Source: Coriobacteriaceae bacterium (lineage in GTDB: Bacteria > Bacillota > Clostridia > Lachnospirales > Lachnospiraceae). Taken from it: 64,000 bases of DNA. The position numbers and the translations under genes were made by a program. The stretch lies in the NCBI GenBank assembly GCA_963649395.1, contig CAVJHW010000001.1, forward strand, positions 241 to 64,240. Direction: 5' to 3'. Positions 20,503-31,322 of this stretch are shown here, one piece after another (the first letter of the stretch is position 1; the number at the start of each line of letters is the position of its first letter). The notes below the pieces were generated by a model. The model had not been told where the DNA came from. It saw only the letters and a program-made list of their open reading frames with translations, and ran no database searches.

Positions 20503-21819
20503 GTGATATGTTTGGATTATGTAAGGAGAATTGCGGATACTGTTATAGATCAGAGAATTCAGGCATTTAACGCCATAAGTATTGTAGGTCCCAAGGGTTG
20601 TGGGAAGACTCGCACAGCGAAGGAACGCTGTAAAACTGTGATAGAATTTCAAGATGAGGAAAAAAGAGACGGGTATCTGGCGGTAGCGGAAACATCTCCT
20701 AAACTATTTCTGAAGAATCCTAAGCCCATTTTATTTGATGAATGGCAGGATGCGCCGAAAATATGGGGAACTATTCGAAAGGATTGTGATGATGATCCGG
20801 AGAGTGTAGGACAATATTTTTTGACGGGCTCTACCAGCAGGAAGGTCAACACCCCGCATACAGGCACGGGAAGGATTACAGAGCTCACCATGCTGCCTAT
20901 GTCTTTGTGGGAAACCGGGGAGTCCAACGGAAGGGTCTCTCTTCACAGAATTATTGAGGAAGAGGATTATGATTATGATGGGGCGACTTCAGACCTTTCT
21001 TTGGAAGAACTTTTCTTTGCTGCCTGTCGAGGGGGCTGGCCCCGCTGCCTGGCTTTGCGGCAAGATGAGGCGAAGTTGGAGATTGCCAGAGATTACTATC
21101 GCCAGATCTTTCAGAAGGACGTCAGCGCGGTGGATGGTGTCAGGAGAAATCCGGAGTGGGCGAGAAACCTGCTGTGGTCCTTTGCCAGAAATATGGCCAC
21201 AACGGCCAAACGAGCTAGTATTTATGCCGATGTAAAGGCTACCCAAAATGTAACAGATGCCACCCTTGCTTCCTATGTTGAAGTGCTGAAAACTTTGTAC
21301 GTTTTGCAGGATCTGGATGCTTGGACGCCACAGATCCGATCTAAAACAGCAATACGGTCTGCCAAAAAACACATTTTTATTGATCCATCCATCGGAATTG
21401 CAGCTTTGGGGCTGGGACCGGAGTATTTCTACAACGATCTGGATCTATTCGGACATGTCTTCGAAAATATGGTTTTGCGAGACTTGCTGGCTTATGCGCA
21501 AGCCCATAATGCAAGAGTGCTGCATTATACGGATGATACGGGGCTGGAGGCGGATGCAGTCTACCAACTGGAAAATGGAACATATGCACTTGTGGAGATT
21601 AAGGTGGGAGCAAACAGGATTCCGGAGGCAGAGAAGTCTCTCCTTAGATTCCGAGAGGTGATCTGCAGACACAATGAGGCAGCCTTGCAAAACCCGGAAC
21701 ATCCGAGAGCTTGCTACTGGGAACCGTCTGCCTTGATCATTATATGCGCAAACGCACCTATGGGTTATACGACAGAAAATGGCGTGAAGGTTGTCCCCGT
21801 AGGATGTTTAAGAGATTAG
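20503..21819 (+). CDS. ATP-binding protein, AAA_14 + DUF4143 (C-terminal PD-(D/E)XK-like)
   Basis: GPKGCGKT, LFDEWQ, FLTGS, HTGTGRI, GGWP, GHVFENMV and EADAV...LVEIK motifs. Confidence 0.85.
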   Translation: MICLDYVRRIADTVIDQRIQAFNAISIVGPKGCGKTRTAKERCKTVIEFQDEEKRDGYLAVAETSPKLFLKNPKPILFDEWQDAPKIWGTIRKDCDDDPESVGQYFLTGSTSRKVNTPHTGTGRITELTMLPMSLWETGESNGRVSLHRIIEEEDYDYDGATSDLSLEELFFAACRGGWPRCLALRQDEAKLEIARDYYRQIFQKDVSAVDGVRRNPEWARNLLWSFARNMATTAKRASIYADVKATQNVTDATLASYVEVLKTLYVLQDLDAWTPQIRSKTAIRSAKKHIFIDPSIGIAALGLGPEYFYNDLDLFGHVFENMVLRDLLAYAQAHNARVLHYTDDTGLEADAVYQLENGTYALVEIKVGANRIPEAEKSLLRFREVICRHNEAALQNPEHPRACYWEPSALIIICANAPMGYTTENGVKVVPVGCLRD

Positions 21820-21841
21820 AAGGGTAATATTTTCTATACAG

Positions 21842-21887
21842 AAAAAAGCATCCAGACATTATATTGCTGTCTGGATGCTTTTTTTTT
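21842..21887. terminator. Bidirectional terminator
   Basis: AAAAAAGCATCCAGACA...TGTCTGGATGCTTTTTTTT. Confidence 0.85.
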
Positions 21888-21915
21888 CGTGGACCTGCGC
21901 AGGCTGCTATGGACC

Positions 21916-23451
21916 TTATTCACTCAGCACCACGGAATTCACAGATTCCATCAGGTCTACCACCTGGCTTCTGGGTACCAGGGCTACGGATTCCCCGTCT
22001 ACCTGGGCCAGACAGGTTTCACCGTCCTGGCGATAGAAGGTGAGAGTCACGGAGGGGAAGTCCTCATTGTCCAGATGGACGGTCAGGGAAATCTCCTCCT
22101 GGCCTTGTGCCGCATCCTGGGTGAAGGAGGCAGCGGTTATCTCCTGCAGGTTGTCACGCAGGTCGTTGACAGAGAATTCGGTGCCCTTGTAGGACCATTT
22201 CACTTCATTACTGTCTTCTGCGGAGTTAGAATTCTTGGTGGAAGCCTTGCCCGTATCCACCGGGGTAAAGGTATAATCCTGACCATCCAGGGTCACATCA
22301 ATGGAGGTGGCGGTGGTGAAGTCAGCGGTAAAGAGCTTCTGATGACGCAGACTATCATAGGAGGCATCGGTCAGAGTATCGTAGCTATCCTGTGAGATGG
22401 TGTAGATAATCTGAGAATTACCAATTCTTGCGTAGCAGGTAACAGAGGGGAGTTCTGCATCCTGGTCATCGCCGGCCTCTTCCACTGCCTTATTGTAAGC
22501 AGCCAGTTCCTCCGGGTTCTGGGACAGATGGATGACGAAGGTCTCCTCGGAACCGGATCCCTTACCGGCGTCAGAGGAGGAAGTGTCAGCTGAGGAGCTT
22601 GCTGCCTTGCCTGCGCTGCTCGTGCTTGCAGAGTCTGAGGAATCCTTGCTGTCCTTAGCGGGGGTATATTCCAGGGTGACGGTCAGGGTGGGATCATCCA
22701 ATCCGTAGGTCTTCAATTCCTCCTCGGTGGCATTGTAGGTGACATAGTCTCCCAGGGACAGGTTTTGCAGGTTGGACAGGTAGCTGTCCACGTTGTCGGT
22801 ATCCAGGGGCTTGTCGTCACTGAAGTACACATCATCCTGGCAGATGGACTTGCCCTCCTCATTCCGGGTGATGGTATAATCCTGGCTGCCGGAGAAGGTG
22901 ATGGTTTTGGCAGTATCCATAGAGGGCAGGCTGTCATCCAAGATCATATCGGCCAGGACGGCATCGAAGTCTTCCGCCGGGTCGTTTTCTGCCAGATAGG
23001 CCTTGCCGTCGCCCATGGAGAAATACCGCTGCTGGTCCATCTTGCTGAAATCCCCCAGTTGGATGCTAGTTGTCCCATCCGCTGTGGTGATCTCGATGGT
23101 ATAAGCCGGGTCATCCAGGCCATATTGGCTATAATCCTCCACATCGTCGATAACGAAGGAGGCGGTGAAGGATTGGAAGATCTCCAGCAAATGGTCAATC
23201 TTTTCCGTATCAACCGGAAATGCCTCATCCTCGTCATAGGTCCAGGTATCCTCCCCCTTGGTGAAGGAGAAGGTGCCATTTTCGTTGGTCCAGGAAAGGG
23301 CGGTGACTTCCTCTGTGGGGATCTCCAGGACAACCTCTCCGCTGTTCTTAATCTGCTCCTTTTTCTCCTCGTGCCGGCTGACGGCGAAGGCGGCGATACA
23401 GATGACCACCAGGACGCCCAGCATGATATAGAGATTCTTCTTCTTACGCAT
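21916..23451 (-). CDS. DUF4340-domain membrane-anchored protein
   Basis: N-terminal TM after MRKKKN, repeated 'YGLDDP' motifs, and position in a Gld-like ABC operon. Confidence 0.75.
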   Translation of the reverse strand: MRKKKNLYIMLGVLVVICIAAFAVSRHEEKKEQIKNSGEVVLEIPTEEVTALSWTNENGTFSFTKGEDTWTYDEDEAFPVDTEKIDHLLEIFQSFTASFVIDDVEDYSQYGLDDPAYTIEITTADGTTSIQLGDFSKMDQQRYFSMGDGKAYLAENDPAEDFDAVLADMILDDSLPSMDTAKTITFSGSQDYTITRNEEGKSICQDDVYFSDDKPLDTDNVDSYLSNLQNLSLGDYVTYNATEEELKTYGLDDPTLTVTLEYTPAKDSKDSSDSASTSSAGKAASSSADTSSSDAGKGSGSEETFVIHLSQNPEELAAYNKAVEEAGDDQDAELPSVTCYARIGNSQIIYTISQDSYDTLTDASYDSLRHQKLFTADFTTATSIDVTLDGQDYTFTPVDTGKASTKNSNSAEDSNEVKWSYKGTEFSVNDLRDNLQEITAASFTQDAAQGQEEISLTVHLDNEDFPSVTLTFYRQDGETCLAQVDGESVALVPRSQVVDLMESVNSVVLSE

Positions 23452-24859
23452 GGCGTTTTCTTCTCCTTTCCACCACAGTGATAATTCCATAGACGACAAA
23501 GATGGCGGGAACCACACCAATCATCCAGGCCTTCAGGAAGGAGGCATTGGAATCGCTGATGGTCAGGTAGTTATAATTAAGGCTCTTGCTGCGGATGGAT
23601 ACCGCATCTCTCTCTCCGATGAGGGAGGACATGGCATTCATGGCAAGGTTCAGATTGGCACCGGAGGAATAGGAATTATAGGTCTCATCCAGGAAGGTGC
23701 CGGAGGTAAACCAGATCAGCTGGCCCTCATTGCCGGTGCTTGCTGTCACTCCCAGGGCGAAGGAGCCGTCCCTATCTCCCTCCTCCTTGTCATAAGTGGT
23801 GAGGTTGTAGCCTGCTGTCTTGCTGTAGGCCTCTGTTGAGGTCTCTAAAAGGGCTGTAGCTGAGCTGGAGCTGTCAATGGTCAGACCCTGAGCCAGGGGG
23901 AAGATGACATAATAGTTATCCTCGATGAGGGGGTCGGTAATATCGCTGGATTGAATCTCCGGCAGGAGGATATAGGGATATCCGAAGGCATATTTGGTGC
24001 TGTCTCCTTCAATGACAAAGCCTTCTGCAGCGGAGACGCCATAATTCTCCAGAACACTGTAGAGGTTGGTAAGACTCCCATTCTTCGTCGGACCTGCCAT
24101 TACCAGCAATTTACCCCCATTTTCCAGGTAATCCTTCAGGATAGAGGCTTCCTCTTCGGAAATATCGCTGGCGGGGGAGAAGATCATGAGACAATCGGCA
24201 TCCTCCGGCACTTGGTCGGCGCTGACCAGGGACAGGGTTTCCAGTTCCATATTTTCCTTCTCGATCTGATTGGAGAATTCATCGGGAAGGTCGGCTTCCC
24301 CGTGGCCCTCCAGAGTATAGACCTTGGGCAGCTCTTCGGAAATGACATAGTTGATGGCTGAGGTCAGGCAGCCTTCTCCGTCGAAGGAATAAGAATAGGA
24401 ATAGGTATTATAATCCACATCCTGCAGATAGATCTTATCATAGCTGATATAACGGCTCTTGTCGCCACACTCCACAATGAGACTGTTGTTGGGGACATCT
24501 TCGTCGGTATATTGGGCAGTGAAGGTGGGATAGACATCCGGATTCTTCTTCACTACCGAAATATGGCTGGACAGGCTTTCGTACTTGCTCAGCAGATTCT
24601 CAATCACCGAATTCTCCTGATCTGCCTGGACCACCCAATAGATGGTGACATCTTGATCCAGGGCATTGACCACGGCCTTGGTGGAGCTTGTGATGGAATA
24701 GAGGCGGGTGGCACTGATGTCCTGCTTCATCAGGGAAGAGGGGAGAGCCCCTGCTAAGACATTGATTGCAATGAGGATGGCCAATACGATGGCTGTGGCT
24801 GCCAGGGAATAGGCGCCTCCCTTCGATGCAATGCGGCTGCTGATCTTTGTCTTTTTCAT
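23444..24859 (-). CDS. GldG-family ABC transporter auxiliary protein
   Basis: DISATRLYSIT, YTLEGHGE, YLENGGKLL and a C-terminal TM followed by RRRKR. Confidence 0.8.
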   Translation of the reverse strand: MKKTKISSRIASKGGAYSLAATAIVLAILIAINVLAGALPSSLMKQDISATRLYSITSSTKAVVNALDQDVTIYWVVQADQENSVIENLLSKYESLSSHISVVKKNPDVYPTFTAQYTDEDVPNNSLIVECGDKSRYISYDKIYLQDVDYNTYSYSYSFDGEGCLTSAINYVISEELPKVYTLEGHGEADLPDEFSNQIEKENMELETLSLVSADQVPEDADCLMIFSPASDISEEEASILKDYLENGGKLLVMAGPTKNGSLTNLYSVLENYGVSAAEGFVIEGDSTKYAFGYPYILLPEIQSSDITDPLIEDNYYVIFPLAQGLTIDSSSSATALLETSTEAYSKTAGYNLTTYDKEEGDRDGSFALGVTASTGNEGQLIWFTSGTFLDETYNSYSSGANLNLAMNAMSSLIGERDAVSIRSKSLNYNYLTISDSNASFLKAWMIGVVPAIFVVYGIITVVERRRKRHA

Positions 24860-25722
24860 CAGTTGTACCTCCGTTTCTCAAGTGACTGCACAGTTAAAAA
24901 CAGGCCAAAGGCAATGACGGAAGCATAGAAAATGATGGCTCCTATGTCAAAGACCCCATTTACGAAGGTGGTAAAGCGGCTGAAGAGGGACAGTTTCTTC
25001 ATCAAATCCGGCAGCAGGTCGGAGAAGGTGTCACCGACCACAAAGCGGGCCACAATCGTCGCAAGGATAAGGACACCGGCGACTCCGTAGCCGATGATGG
25101 CATTCTTGGTCAGGGCCTTGACGATCAGACCGATGATAACCGAGAAGACGAAGAAGGCAAGCATGGTTCCCATGACGGTGGCAGAGATCTGCTCCGCCAG
25201 CTTGACGCTGTAATAGTTAAATAGAAATAATACAATTGCAATACCAGCCGCAAATCCTTGATTGTCGGTGATGGAGGAAATGAACATGCCCAGGGAAATG
25301 AGGGCGATCCCCATCACAAAGAAAGCTACCAGGGAGCCGTAGGATCCCGGCAGATAAACTTCCCCGTAGCGGGAGAAGATCAAGGGGTAGAAGGCAATGA
25401 TGATCATCGGCAGGAAGAAGGTTCCTACCAGGGACAGGAACTTGCCCATGACAATCTGCCAGGTGGTCAGAGGCAGAGAATAGAGCAGCTGATCGGTCTT
25501 CTGCCTGCGCTCCTCGGCAAAGGACCGCATGGTCAGGATGGGAATGAAGAAGACCAGACCGATGCTGACAAAATTCAGCACATATTCAAAGTTGGCCACG
25601 GAGGCCTGGATATTGTAGAACATGGCGCCGATGCCTACAAAGCACAGAAGCGCCGCACAAAACAGATAGACTGTCAGGGAGTGGAAGATACTCCCTAATT
25701 CATGCTTCAGTACCGCTTTCAT
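24859..25722 (-). CDS. ABC-2 type permease (GldF-like)
   Basis: TMRSFAEERRQKTDQLLYSLP and IVMGKF motifs; multiple TMs. Confidence 0.85.
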   Translation of the reverse strand: MKAVLKHELGSIFHSLTVYLFCAALLCFVGIGAMFYNIQASVANFEYVLNFVSIGLVFFIPILTMRSFAEERRQKTDQLLYSLPLTTWQIVMGKFLSLVGTFFLPMIIIAFYPLIFSRYGEVYLPGSYGSLVAFFVMGIALISLGMFISSITDNQGFAAGIAIVLFLFNYYSVKLAEQISATVMGTMLAFFVFSVIIGLIVKALTKNAIIGYGVAGVLILATIVARFVVGDTFSDLLPDLMKKLSLFSRFTTFVNGVFDIGAIIFYASVIAFGLFLTVQSLEKRRYN

Positions 25723-26840
25723 TCGTCTTTTGCCTCACTTTCCTTTGTTCTGTCGCCAGAACCTGCTTTCCCGGTGGCATCTTCCAGCAGATCCGCCGCA
25801 CCGACCTCCCCGGCGGCATCCTCTGCCGAATCCGCTGCACCGACCTCCCCGGTGGCATCCTCCGCCGGGTCCGCTGCACCGGCCTCTGTCAGTTCCAGGA
25901 AGACGTCTTCCAGGTTGGCCTTTTTGGTGGTCATCTCGAAAATGGGAAGGCCCTCAGAGGCGAAGGCCAGGGTCAGCTGGCCACAGATGGCCTGGACATT
26001 CGAAGCTTCCATCCCCTCTGCGGTTTCTGTGGAATTCTCCAGGTTGGCGGTGATATGGCAGATACCTGCTTCCTCCTGGATGGTCCAGCCGGACAAACCC
26101 TGAACACGGGGCAGGATGGCCTCAGCCTGGTCTTTGCCCGCCTGTACCCGGAAGGTGATGCCGCTGGAGGCGGTGAGCAGCTTCTCCAGGTTCTCCGGGG
26201 TGTCGAAGGCCACCAGCTTGCCCTTGGAAATGATCAGCACCTGCTCACAGACCGCCTGCACCTCGGATAGAATATGGGAACTCAGGATCACGGTATGGCT
26301 TTTGCCCAGCTCCTTGATGAGGGTTCGAATCTCAATGATCTGGATGGGGTCCAGACCGACGGTTGGCTCATCCAGGATGATGACCTGGGGATTGCCCATC
26401 AGGGCCTGGGCGATGCCCACCCGTTGGCGATAGCCCTTGGAAAGAGCTCCGATGAGGCGGTCGCTGACCTCTGTGATGCCGGTGCTTTCCATGACTGCGT
26501 CCAACTGGTCTGCCAGCTCCTTTTTCTTCAAACCCTTGGCTTCCCCTACGAAGGTCAGATATTCCAGGGGAGTCTCATTGACATAGACAGGGGGCTGCTC
26601 CGGCAGGTAGCCGATGAGAGCTTTGGCCTGCTCCGGCTGCTCCAAAATGTCAAAATCACCGATCTTGACAAATCCTTCCGTGGGGGAGAGACAGCCGGTC
26701 ATAATGTTCATAGTGGTGGATTTCCCGGCTCCGTTGGGTCCCAGAAAGCCGTAGACATGTCCGTCTTCAATCTCGAAGGACAGGTCATTGACAGCCAGAA
26801 AGTCGCCATAGTATTTGGTTAAATGCGAAACCTGAATCAC
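25719..26840 (-). CDS. ABC transporter ATP-binding protein (GldA-like) with an acidic repeat tail
   Basis: GPNGAGKST, LSKGYRQR and ILDEPTVGLDP motifs. Confidence 0.9.
   Translation of the reverse strand: MIQVSHLTKYYGDFLAVNDLSFEIEDGHVYGFLGPNGAGKSTTMNIMTGCLSPTEGFVKIGDFDILEQPEQAKALIGYLPEQPPVYVNETPLEYLTFVGEAKGLKKKELADQLDAVMESTGITEVSDRLIGALSKGYRQRVGIAQALMGNPQVIILDEPTVGLDPIQIIEIRTLIKELGKSHTVILSSHILSEVQAVCEQVLIISKGKLVAFDTPENLEKLLTASSGITFRVQAGKDQAEAILPRVQGLSGWTIQEEAGICHITANLENSTETAEGMEASNVQAICGQLTLAFASEGLPIFEMTTKKANLEDVFLELTEAGAADPAEDATGEVGAADSAEDAAGEVGAADLLEDATGKAGSGDRTKESEAKDE
25771..25887. repeat. Three 39-bp tandem repeats encoding the 13-aa unit EVGAAD(P/S/L)(A/L)EDA(T/A)G
   Basis: Units start at 25771, 25810 and 25849 (ccgg(t/c)ggcatc...gcaccg(a/g)cctc). 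Confidence 0.85.
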
Positions 26841-26960
26841 TTGCGTTTCCTCCTTCTTGATGGTCGCAGGGCCTTTTGAGCCCTAATTGTCACAAGTATA
26901 ACAGTTAATTGTGTCCAAATGATGTTTGAGGTTGCCAACTTTGAGAAAATAATATATTAT

Positions 26961-26977
26961 GGTTACAGTGTCAAAAG
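26961..26977 (-). repeat. Copy of the dispersed 17-bp motif (reverse orientation)
   Basis: GGTTACAGTGTCAAAAG. Confidence 0.7.
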
Positions 26978-27064
26978 GCCGAGTCCGCGACATGCTTGCG
27001 ACGCAAGGCCGGTCCCTTTAGGGGCAGGTCGGCCCACCGGAGCTGGGGAAAGGAGTAGGAGAGA

Positions 27065-28198
27065 TTGGTTTCTTCACGAATCGTATGTAATATGATGAAT
27101 GAGCTGCATGAGATTACCAGAACAGAGATCAGCCTCTGGGACAAGAAGGGTACCTTGCTTGTATCCACAGATCCGGAAGAGAAGGGAGAAAGGTCGGAGA
27201 ATCAGGAAAAGCGGATGATACAGGAAATGCAGGAATTTCTCGCTTCCTCTGCGGATAGTCAGGTGCTGCAGAATCGGCATTTTTTCAAGATATACAAGGA
27301 AGAGACCGTGGCATATCTCCTGGTGACCCGGGGAAATGATGCTTATCTGACCGGTCGAATTGCCGTCAGCGAGATCCGGAACCTCCTGTTGGCCAGCCGG
27401 GTACGCCTGGATAAGGACCATTTTATGCAAGAGCTCTTATCCGGTCAATTGCAAGAAAGGGATCTGAGGGAGAAGGCGGGAAAGCTTCGCATCGAGGAGA
27501 GGACCAAACGAGCCCTTTATGTGGCTCGAACCAAGGAAGAGAAGGATGCGGCAGCCCTGGAAACGATTCGGATGCTATTCGGAGCGGAGACAGGGTATTT
27601 TGTGGTGGAGATGGATGACCATCATATCGTCCTGGTGGGGGAATTGAAGGGGAAGGAGCCGGAGATCCAGCTGCAGCAAACGGCCCACACCCTGGTGGAT
27701 ACCCTGAATATGGAGGCTATGTCCTCCGTGCGGGTGGCTTACGGGGCACCGGCCCAGACGCTGAGAGATCTTCCCCGTGCCTACCAGGAGGCCAGGATGG
27801 CTTTGGAGGTGGGGCGAATCTTCTATTCCGACCGGAAGGTCATTTCTTATGAGAATCTGGGGCTTGGCAGGCTGATCTACCAGCTTCCCCAGCCCCTGTG
27901 TCAATTATTTCTGCAGGAAACCCTCAAGGGCAAGACTCTGGCAGATCTGGATGAGGAGACCTTGACCATTATCCGTCGTTTTTTTGAAAATAATCTGAAT
28001 ATCTCGGAGACGGCCAGACAGCTCTATCTCCATCGCAATACTTTGGTTTATCGACTGGAGAAGATTGAGAAGCAGCTGGGACTGGACATCCGCCGCTTCG
28101 AGGAAGCTCTGACTCTGAAAATCGCTATGATGGTAGAAAGCTACCTGAAAGATATAAGGGAGAATCCCGGATCTACAACGAAGGAGGAAACAAAATGA
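27065..28198 (+). CDS. CdaR/PucR-family transcriptional regulator
   Basis: GGDEF-like middle region and C-terminal [26 protein letters not shown]. Confidence 0.88.
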   Translation: MVSSRIVCNMMNELHEITRTEISLWDKKGTLLVSTDPEEKGERSENQEKRMIQEMQEFLASSADSQVLQNRHFFKIYKEETVAYLLVTRGNDAYLTGRIAVSEIRNLLLASRVRLDKDHFMQELLSGQLQERDLREKAGKLRIEERTKRALYVARTKEEKDAAALETIRMLFGAETGYFVVEMDDHHIVLVGELKGKEPEIQLQQTAHTLVDTLNMEAMSSVRVAYGAPAQTLRDLPRAYQEARMALEVGRIFYSDRKVISYENLGLGRLIYQLPQPLCQLFLQETLKGKTLADLDEETLTIIRRFFENNLNISETARQLYLHRNTLVYRLEKIEKQLGLDIRRFEEALTLKIAMMVESYLKDIRENPGSTTKEETK

Positions 28199-30480
28199 TT
28201 CAGTTGTTTAACAGCGGTGCATACCTGGTGGATGGGAATCAGGTGATTCCGGCAGATGCCGATGCCGCAGCTAAGCTGCAGGCAGCAGCAGGGGTCAGCC
28301 CCAGCCCGGAGGAGGCCAGGAAGAATACCATTGCCTACGGAATTCTGGAGAGTCACAACACCTCAGGCAATATGGAGGAATTGCAGATTAAGTTCGACAA
28401 GCTGACCTCCCATGATATTACCTTTGTAGGCATTATCCAGACAGCCCGGGCTTCCGGATTGGAGAAGTTTCCGGTACCCTATGTTCTGACCAACTGTCAC
28501 AATTCCCTGTGCGCCGTGGGCGGGACCATCAATGAGGATGACCATATGTTTGGTCTGACCTGTGCCAAGAAGTACGGTGGTGTCTATGTACCGCCTCACC
28601 AGGCAGTCATCCACCAATTTGCCCGGGAAATGCTGGCAGGGGGCGGCAAGATGATTCTGGGTTCTGACTCCCATACTCGTTACGGAGCCCTGGGAACCAT
28701 GGCCATGGGCGAGGGCGGTCCGGAGCTGGTAAAACAGCTGCTGAACAAGACCTATGACATCTCCATGCCTGGGGTGGTTGGCATCTATCTGACCGGTGCT
28801 CCCCTTCCGGGAGTAGGTCCCCAGGACGTGGCCTTGGCCATCATCGGGGCGGTATTTGCCAATGGATATGTGAAGAATAAGGTGATGGAGTTTGTAGGTC
28901 CCGGCGTAGCCAGCCTAAGCGCTGATTTCCGAATCGGCGTGGACGTTATGACCACAGAGACCACCTGCCTGTCCTCCATCTGGAAGACGGATCAGAAGAT
29001 CGAGGAGTTCTATGACATTCATGGCCGCAGCGAGGATTATAAGGAGCTGAATCCGGGGGCAGTGGCCTATTACGACGGCATGGTTTTGGTGGAGCTGGAC
29101 AAGATCAAACCCATGATCGCCATGCCCTTCCATCCCAGCAATACTTATACCATCGAAGAAGTGAACCAGAACCTGGGGGATATCCTGGAGGATGTGGAGA
29201 AGCGGGCTTTGGTATCTCTGGGAGGCAAGGTGCCCTATAGCCTGAAGAATAAGGTTCATAATGGAAGACTTCTGGTAGACCAGGGAATCATCGCGGGCTG
29301 TGCCGGTGGCGGCTTCGAAAATATCTGTGACGCAGCGGATATCCTGCGGGGTCACAGCATCGGATCCGACGCCTTTACCTTAAGCATATATCCCGCCAGC
29401 ACCCCCATTTACATGGAGCTGGCTAAAAATGGCATTTTGGCAGACTTGATGGAGACCGGCGCCATTGTCAAAACCGCCTTCTGCGGACCCTGCTTCGGTG
29501 CGGGGGATACCCCGGCCAACAATGCATTTTCCATCCGTCATTCTACCCGCAACTTCCCCAACCGGGAGGGCTCCAAGATCCAGAACGGTCAGATTTCTTC
29601 CGTGGCTCTTATGGACGCCCGATCCATTGCGGCTACGGCAGCCAACAAGGGTTATCTTACTCCGGCTACGGAATTTGCAGGAGAGTACAGACATCCGCTG
29701 TACCACTTTGACAGCAATATCTATGCCAACCGTGTCTTCGACAGCAAGGGGGTAGCGGATCCCTCTGTGGAGATTCAATTTGGCCCCAATATTAAGGACT
29801 GGCCGTCTATGCCCAAGCTGGCAGAGAACCTGGTCCTGAAGGTGGTATCGGAGATTCATGATCCCGTCACCACTACAGATGAACTGATCCCCTCCGGTGA
29901 GACCTCTTCCTATCGGTCTAACCCCCTGGGATTGGCAGAATTCACCCTGTCCAGAAAGGATCCGGCTTACGTAGGCCGGGCCAAGGAAGTGCAGCAGGCA
30001 GAGAAGGCTCTGGAGGAAGGCAAGAATCCGGCAGAGGCTTTGGCTGAGCTGCAGCCGGTATTGGACCGGATCACGGCAGAGGATCCCGCTGTATCCCATG
30101 AGAATCTGGGCATCGGCTCCACCATCTTTGCGGTAAAGCCCGGAGATGGCTCTGCCCGTGAGCAGGCAGCCTCCTGCCAGAAGGTTCTGGGGGGATGGGC
30201 CAATATCGCCAATGAATATGCCACCAAGCGCTATCGGTCTAACCTCATCAACTGGGGCATGCTGCCCCTGCTGATTCCCGCCGGGGATCTGCCCTTCCAA
30301 AATGGCGATTATATCTTCCTGCCCCGGATCCGCCAGGCTGTGGCAGACAAGGCAGAGACCATCACCGCCTATGTGGTCAAAGACGGCCTGCATAAGTTTG
30401 ACCTCAAGCTGGGAGACTTGACCGACGACGAGAGAGAGATCATCCTCAAGGGCTGCCTCATCAATTACTACAGAGGTTGA
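28195..30480 (+). CDS. Aconitase-family hydratase (YbhJ-like)
   Basis: [46 protein letters not shown] and GSAREQA motifs. Confidence 0.88.
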   Translation: MIQLFNSGAYLVDGNQVIPADADAAAKLQAAAGVSPSPEEARKNTIAYGILESHNTSGNMEELQIKFDKLTSHDITFVGIIQTARASGLEKFPVPYVLTNCHNSLCAVGGTINEDDHMFGLTCAKKYGGVYVPPHQAVIHQFAREMLAGGGKMILGSDSHTRYGALGTMAMGEGGPELVKQLLNKTYDISMPGVVGIYLTGAPLPGVGPQDVALAIIGAVFANGYVKNKVMEFVGPGVASLSADFRIGVDVMTTETTCLSSIWKTDQKIEEFYDIHGRSEDYKELNPGAVAYYDGMVLVELDKIKPMIAMPFHPSNTYTIEEVNQNLGDILEDVEKRALVSLGGKVPYSLKNKVHNGRLLVDQGIIAGCAGGGFENICDAADILRGHSIGSDAFTLSIYPASTPIYMELAKNGILADLMETGAIVKTAFCGPCFGAGDTPANNAFSIRHSTRNFPNREGSKIQNGQISSVALMDARSIAATAANKGYLTPATEFAGEYRHPLYHFDSNIYANRVFDSKGVADPSVEIQFGPNIKDWPSMPKLAENLVLKVVSEIHDPVTTTDELIPSGETSSYRSNPLGLAEFTLSRKDPAYVGRAKEVQQAEKALEEGKNPAEALAELQPVLDRITAEDPAVSHENLGIGSTIFAVKPGDGSAREQAASCQKVLGGWANIANEYATKRYRSNLINWGMLPLLIPAGDLPFQNGDYIFLPRIRQAVADKAETITAYVVKDGLHKFDLKLGDLTDDEREIILKGCLINYYRG

Positions 30481-31267
30481 CAGGTGGGCTCATCCGAAAA
30501 GACGCGAAGGCGCTGCCCTTGGGCACAACCTGATATTCCAGTTTCTTACCTGTGCTGGGATGGTGAAAGGCTAGGCGATAAGCACAGAGAGCCAGAGCGG
30601 CAGAGGTCGAGCTCCTTGCAGCCCTGCCGCAGGCAGAAGGATTTTCTGTATTCTCGGGAGCCCTTGTCGTATCACCCCTGTCTGGGTCCGGATGGTACTT
30701 GCAATCCCCCACCAGGGGCAGGCCGGCATGAGCCAGCTGTACCCGGATCTGGTGGTGGCGTCCGGTGACCAGATGGATCTTCAACAGGGACTGATTTCGT
30801 GTAGGGTCAGTCTGCAGGCAGGTGTAGTTAAGAATTGCCTTTTTGGCTCCTTGGGTGCCTGGCTTCACCACCGCTGACCGATTCTGACGCCCGTCCCGCA
30901 GCAGATGATCGGTGAGGGTGCCTTCCTTTGCCGAAGGGATTCCGTCCACAACTGCCAGATATTCCTTGGAGAGGGAATCAGAGGAAAGCTGGGCCGACAG
31001 GGAGGCCGCAGCCTGTTTTGTTTTGGCAAAGACCAGAAGTCCCTCCACCGGCTGATCCAGCCGATGCACGACACCCAGATAAGGAAGGGCCCGATGGACG
31101 CTTGGCATCCTGGACTGGCTCAAAGACAAGTAATTCAAGAGCAGGTGCTCCAGATCCATGGCACCTGCTCCTTTGCTTTGTACAGCGACTCCGGCGGGCT
31201 TGCAGACCACCAGAAGATCGTCATCTTCATCCATAATATCCTGGGGATTTAATGTTATTCTACGCAT
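30461..31267 (-). CDS. RluA-family pseudouridine synthase
   Basis: VVCKPAG, catalytic [12 protein letters not shown], and [24 protein letters not shown]. Confidence 0.9.
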   Translation of the reverse strand: MRRITLNPQDIMDEDDDLLVVCKPAGVAVQSKGAGAMDLEHLLLNYLSLSQSRMPSVHRALPYLGVVHRLDQPVEGLLVFAKTKQAAASLSAQLSSDSLSKEYLAVVDGIPSAKEGTLTDHLLRDGRQNRSAVVKPGTQGAKKAILNYTCLQTDPTRNQSLLKIHLVTGRHHQIRVQLAHAGLPLVGDCKYHPDPDRGDTTRAPENTENPSACGRAARSSTSAALALCAYRLAFHHPSTGKKLEYQVVPKGSAFASFRMSPPVNLCSN

Positions 31268-31290
31268 GGTTCCACTATAGTACCAAGGAC

Positions 31291-31322
31291 AAAAAAAAGC
31301 AACCCTGAGAGTGGGGCTGCTA
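31291..31322 (-). terminator. Intrinsic terminator of the putative large ncRNA
   Basis: Minus strand AGCAGCCC-cacucuca-GGGUUGCU-UUUUUUU. Confidence 0.8.

Noticed and set aside
21916..26840. Gliding motility function for the Gld-like operon
   Set aside because: GldA/F/G-like ABC operons with DUF4340 are common in non-gliding Firmicutes, and no other gliding or T9SS genes are present here.
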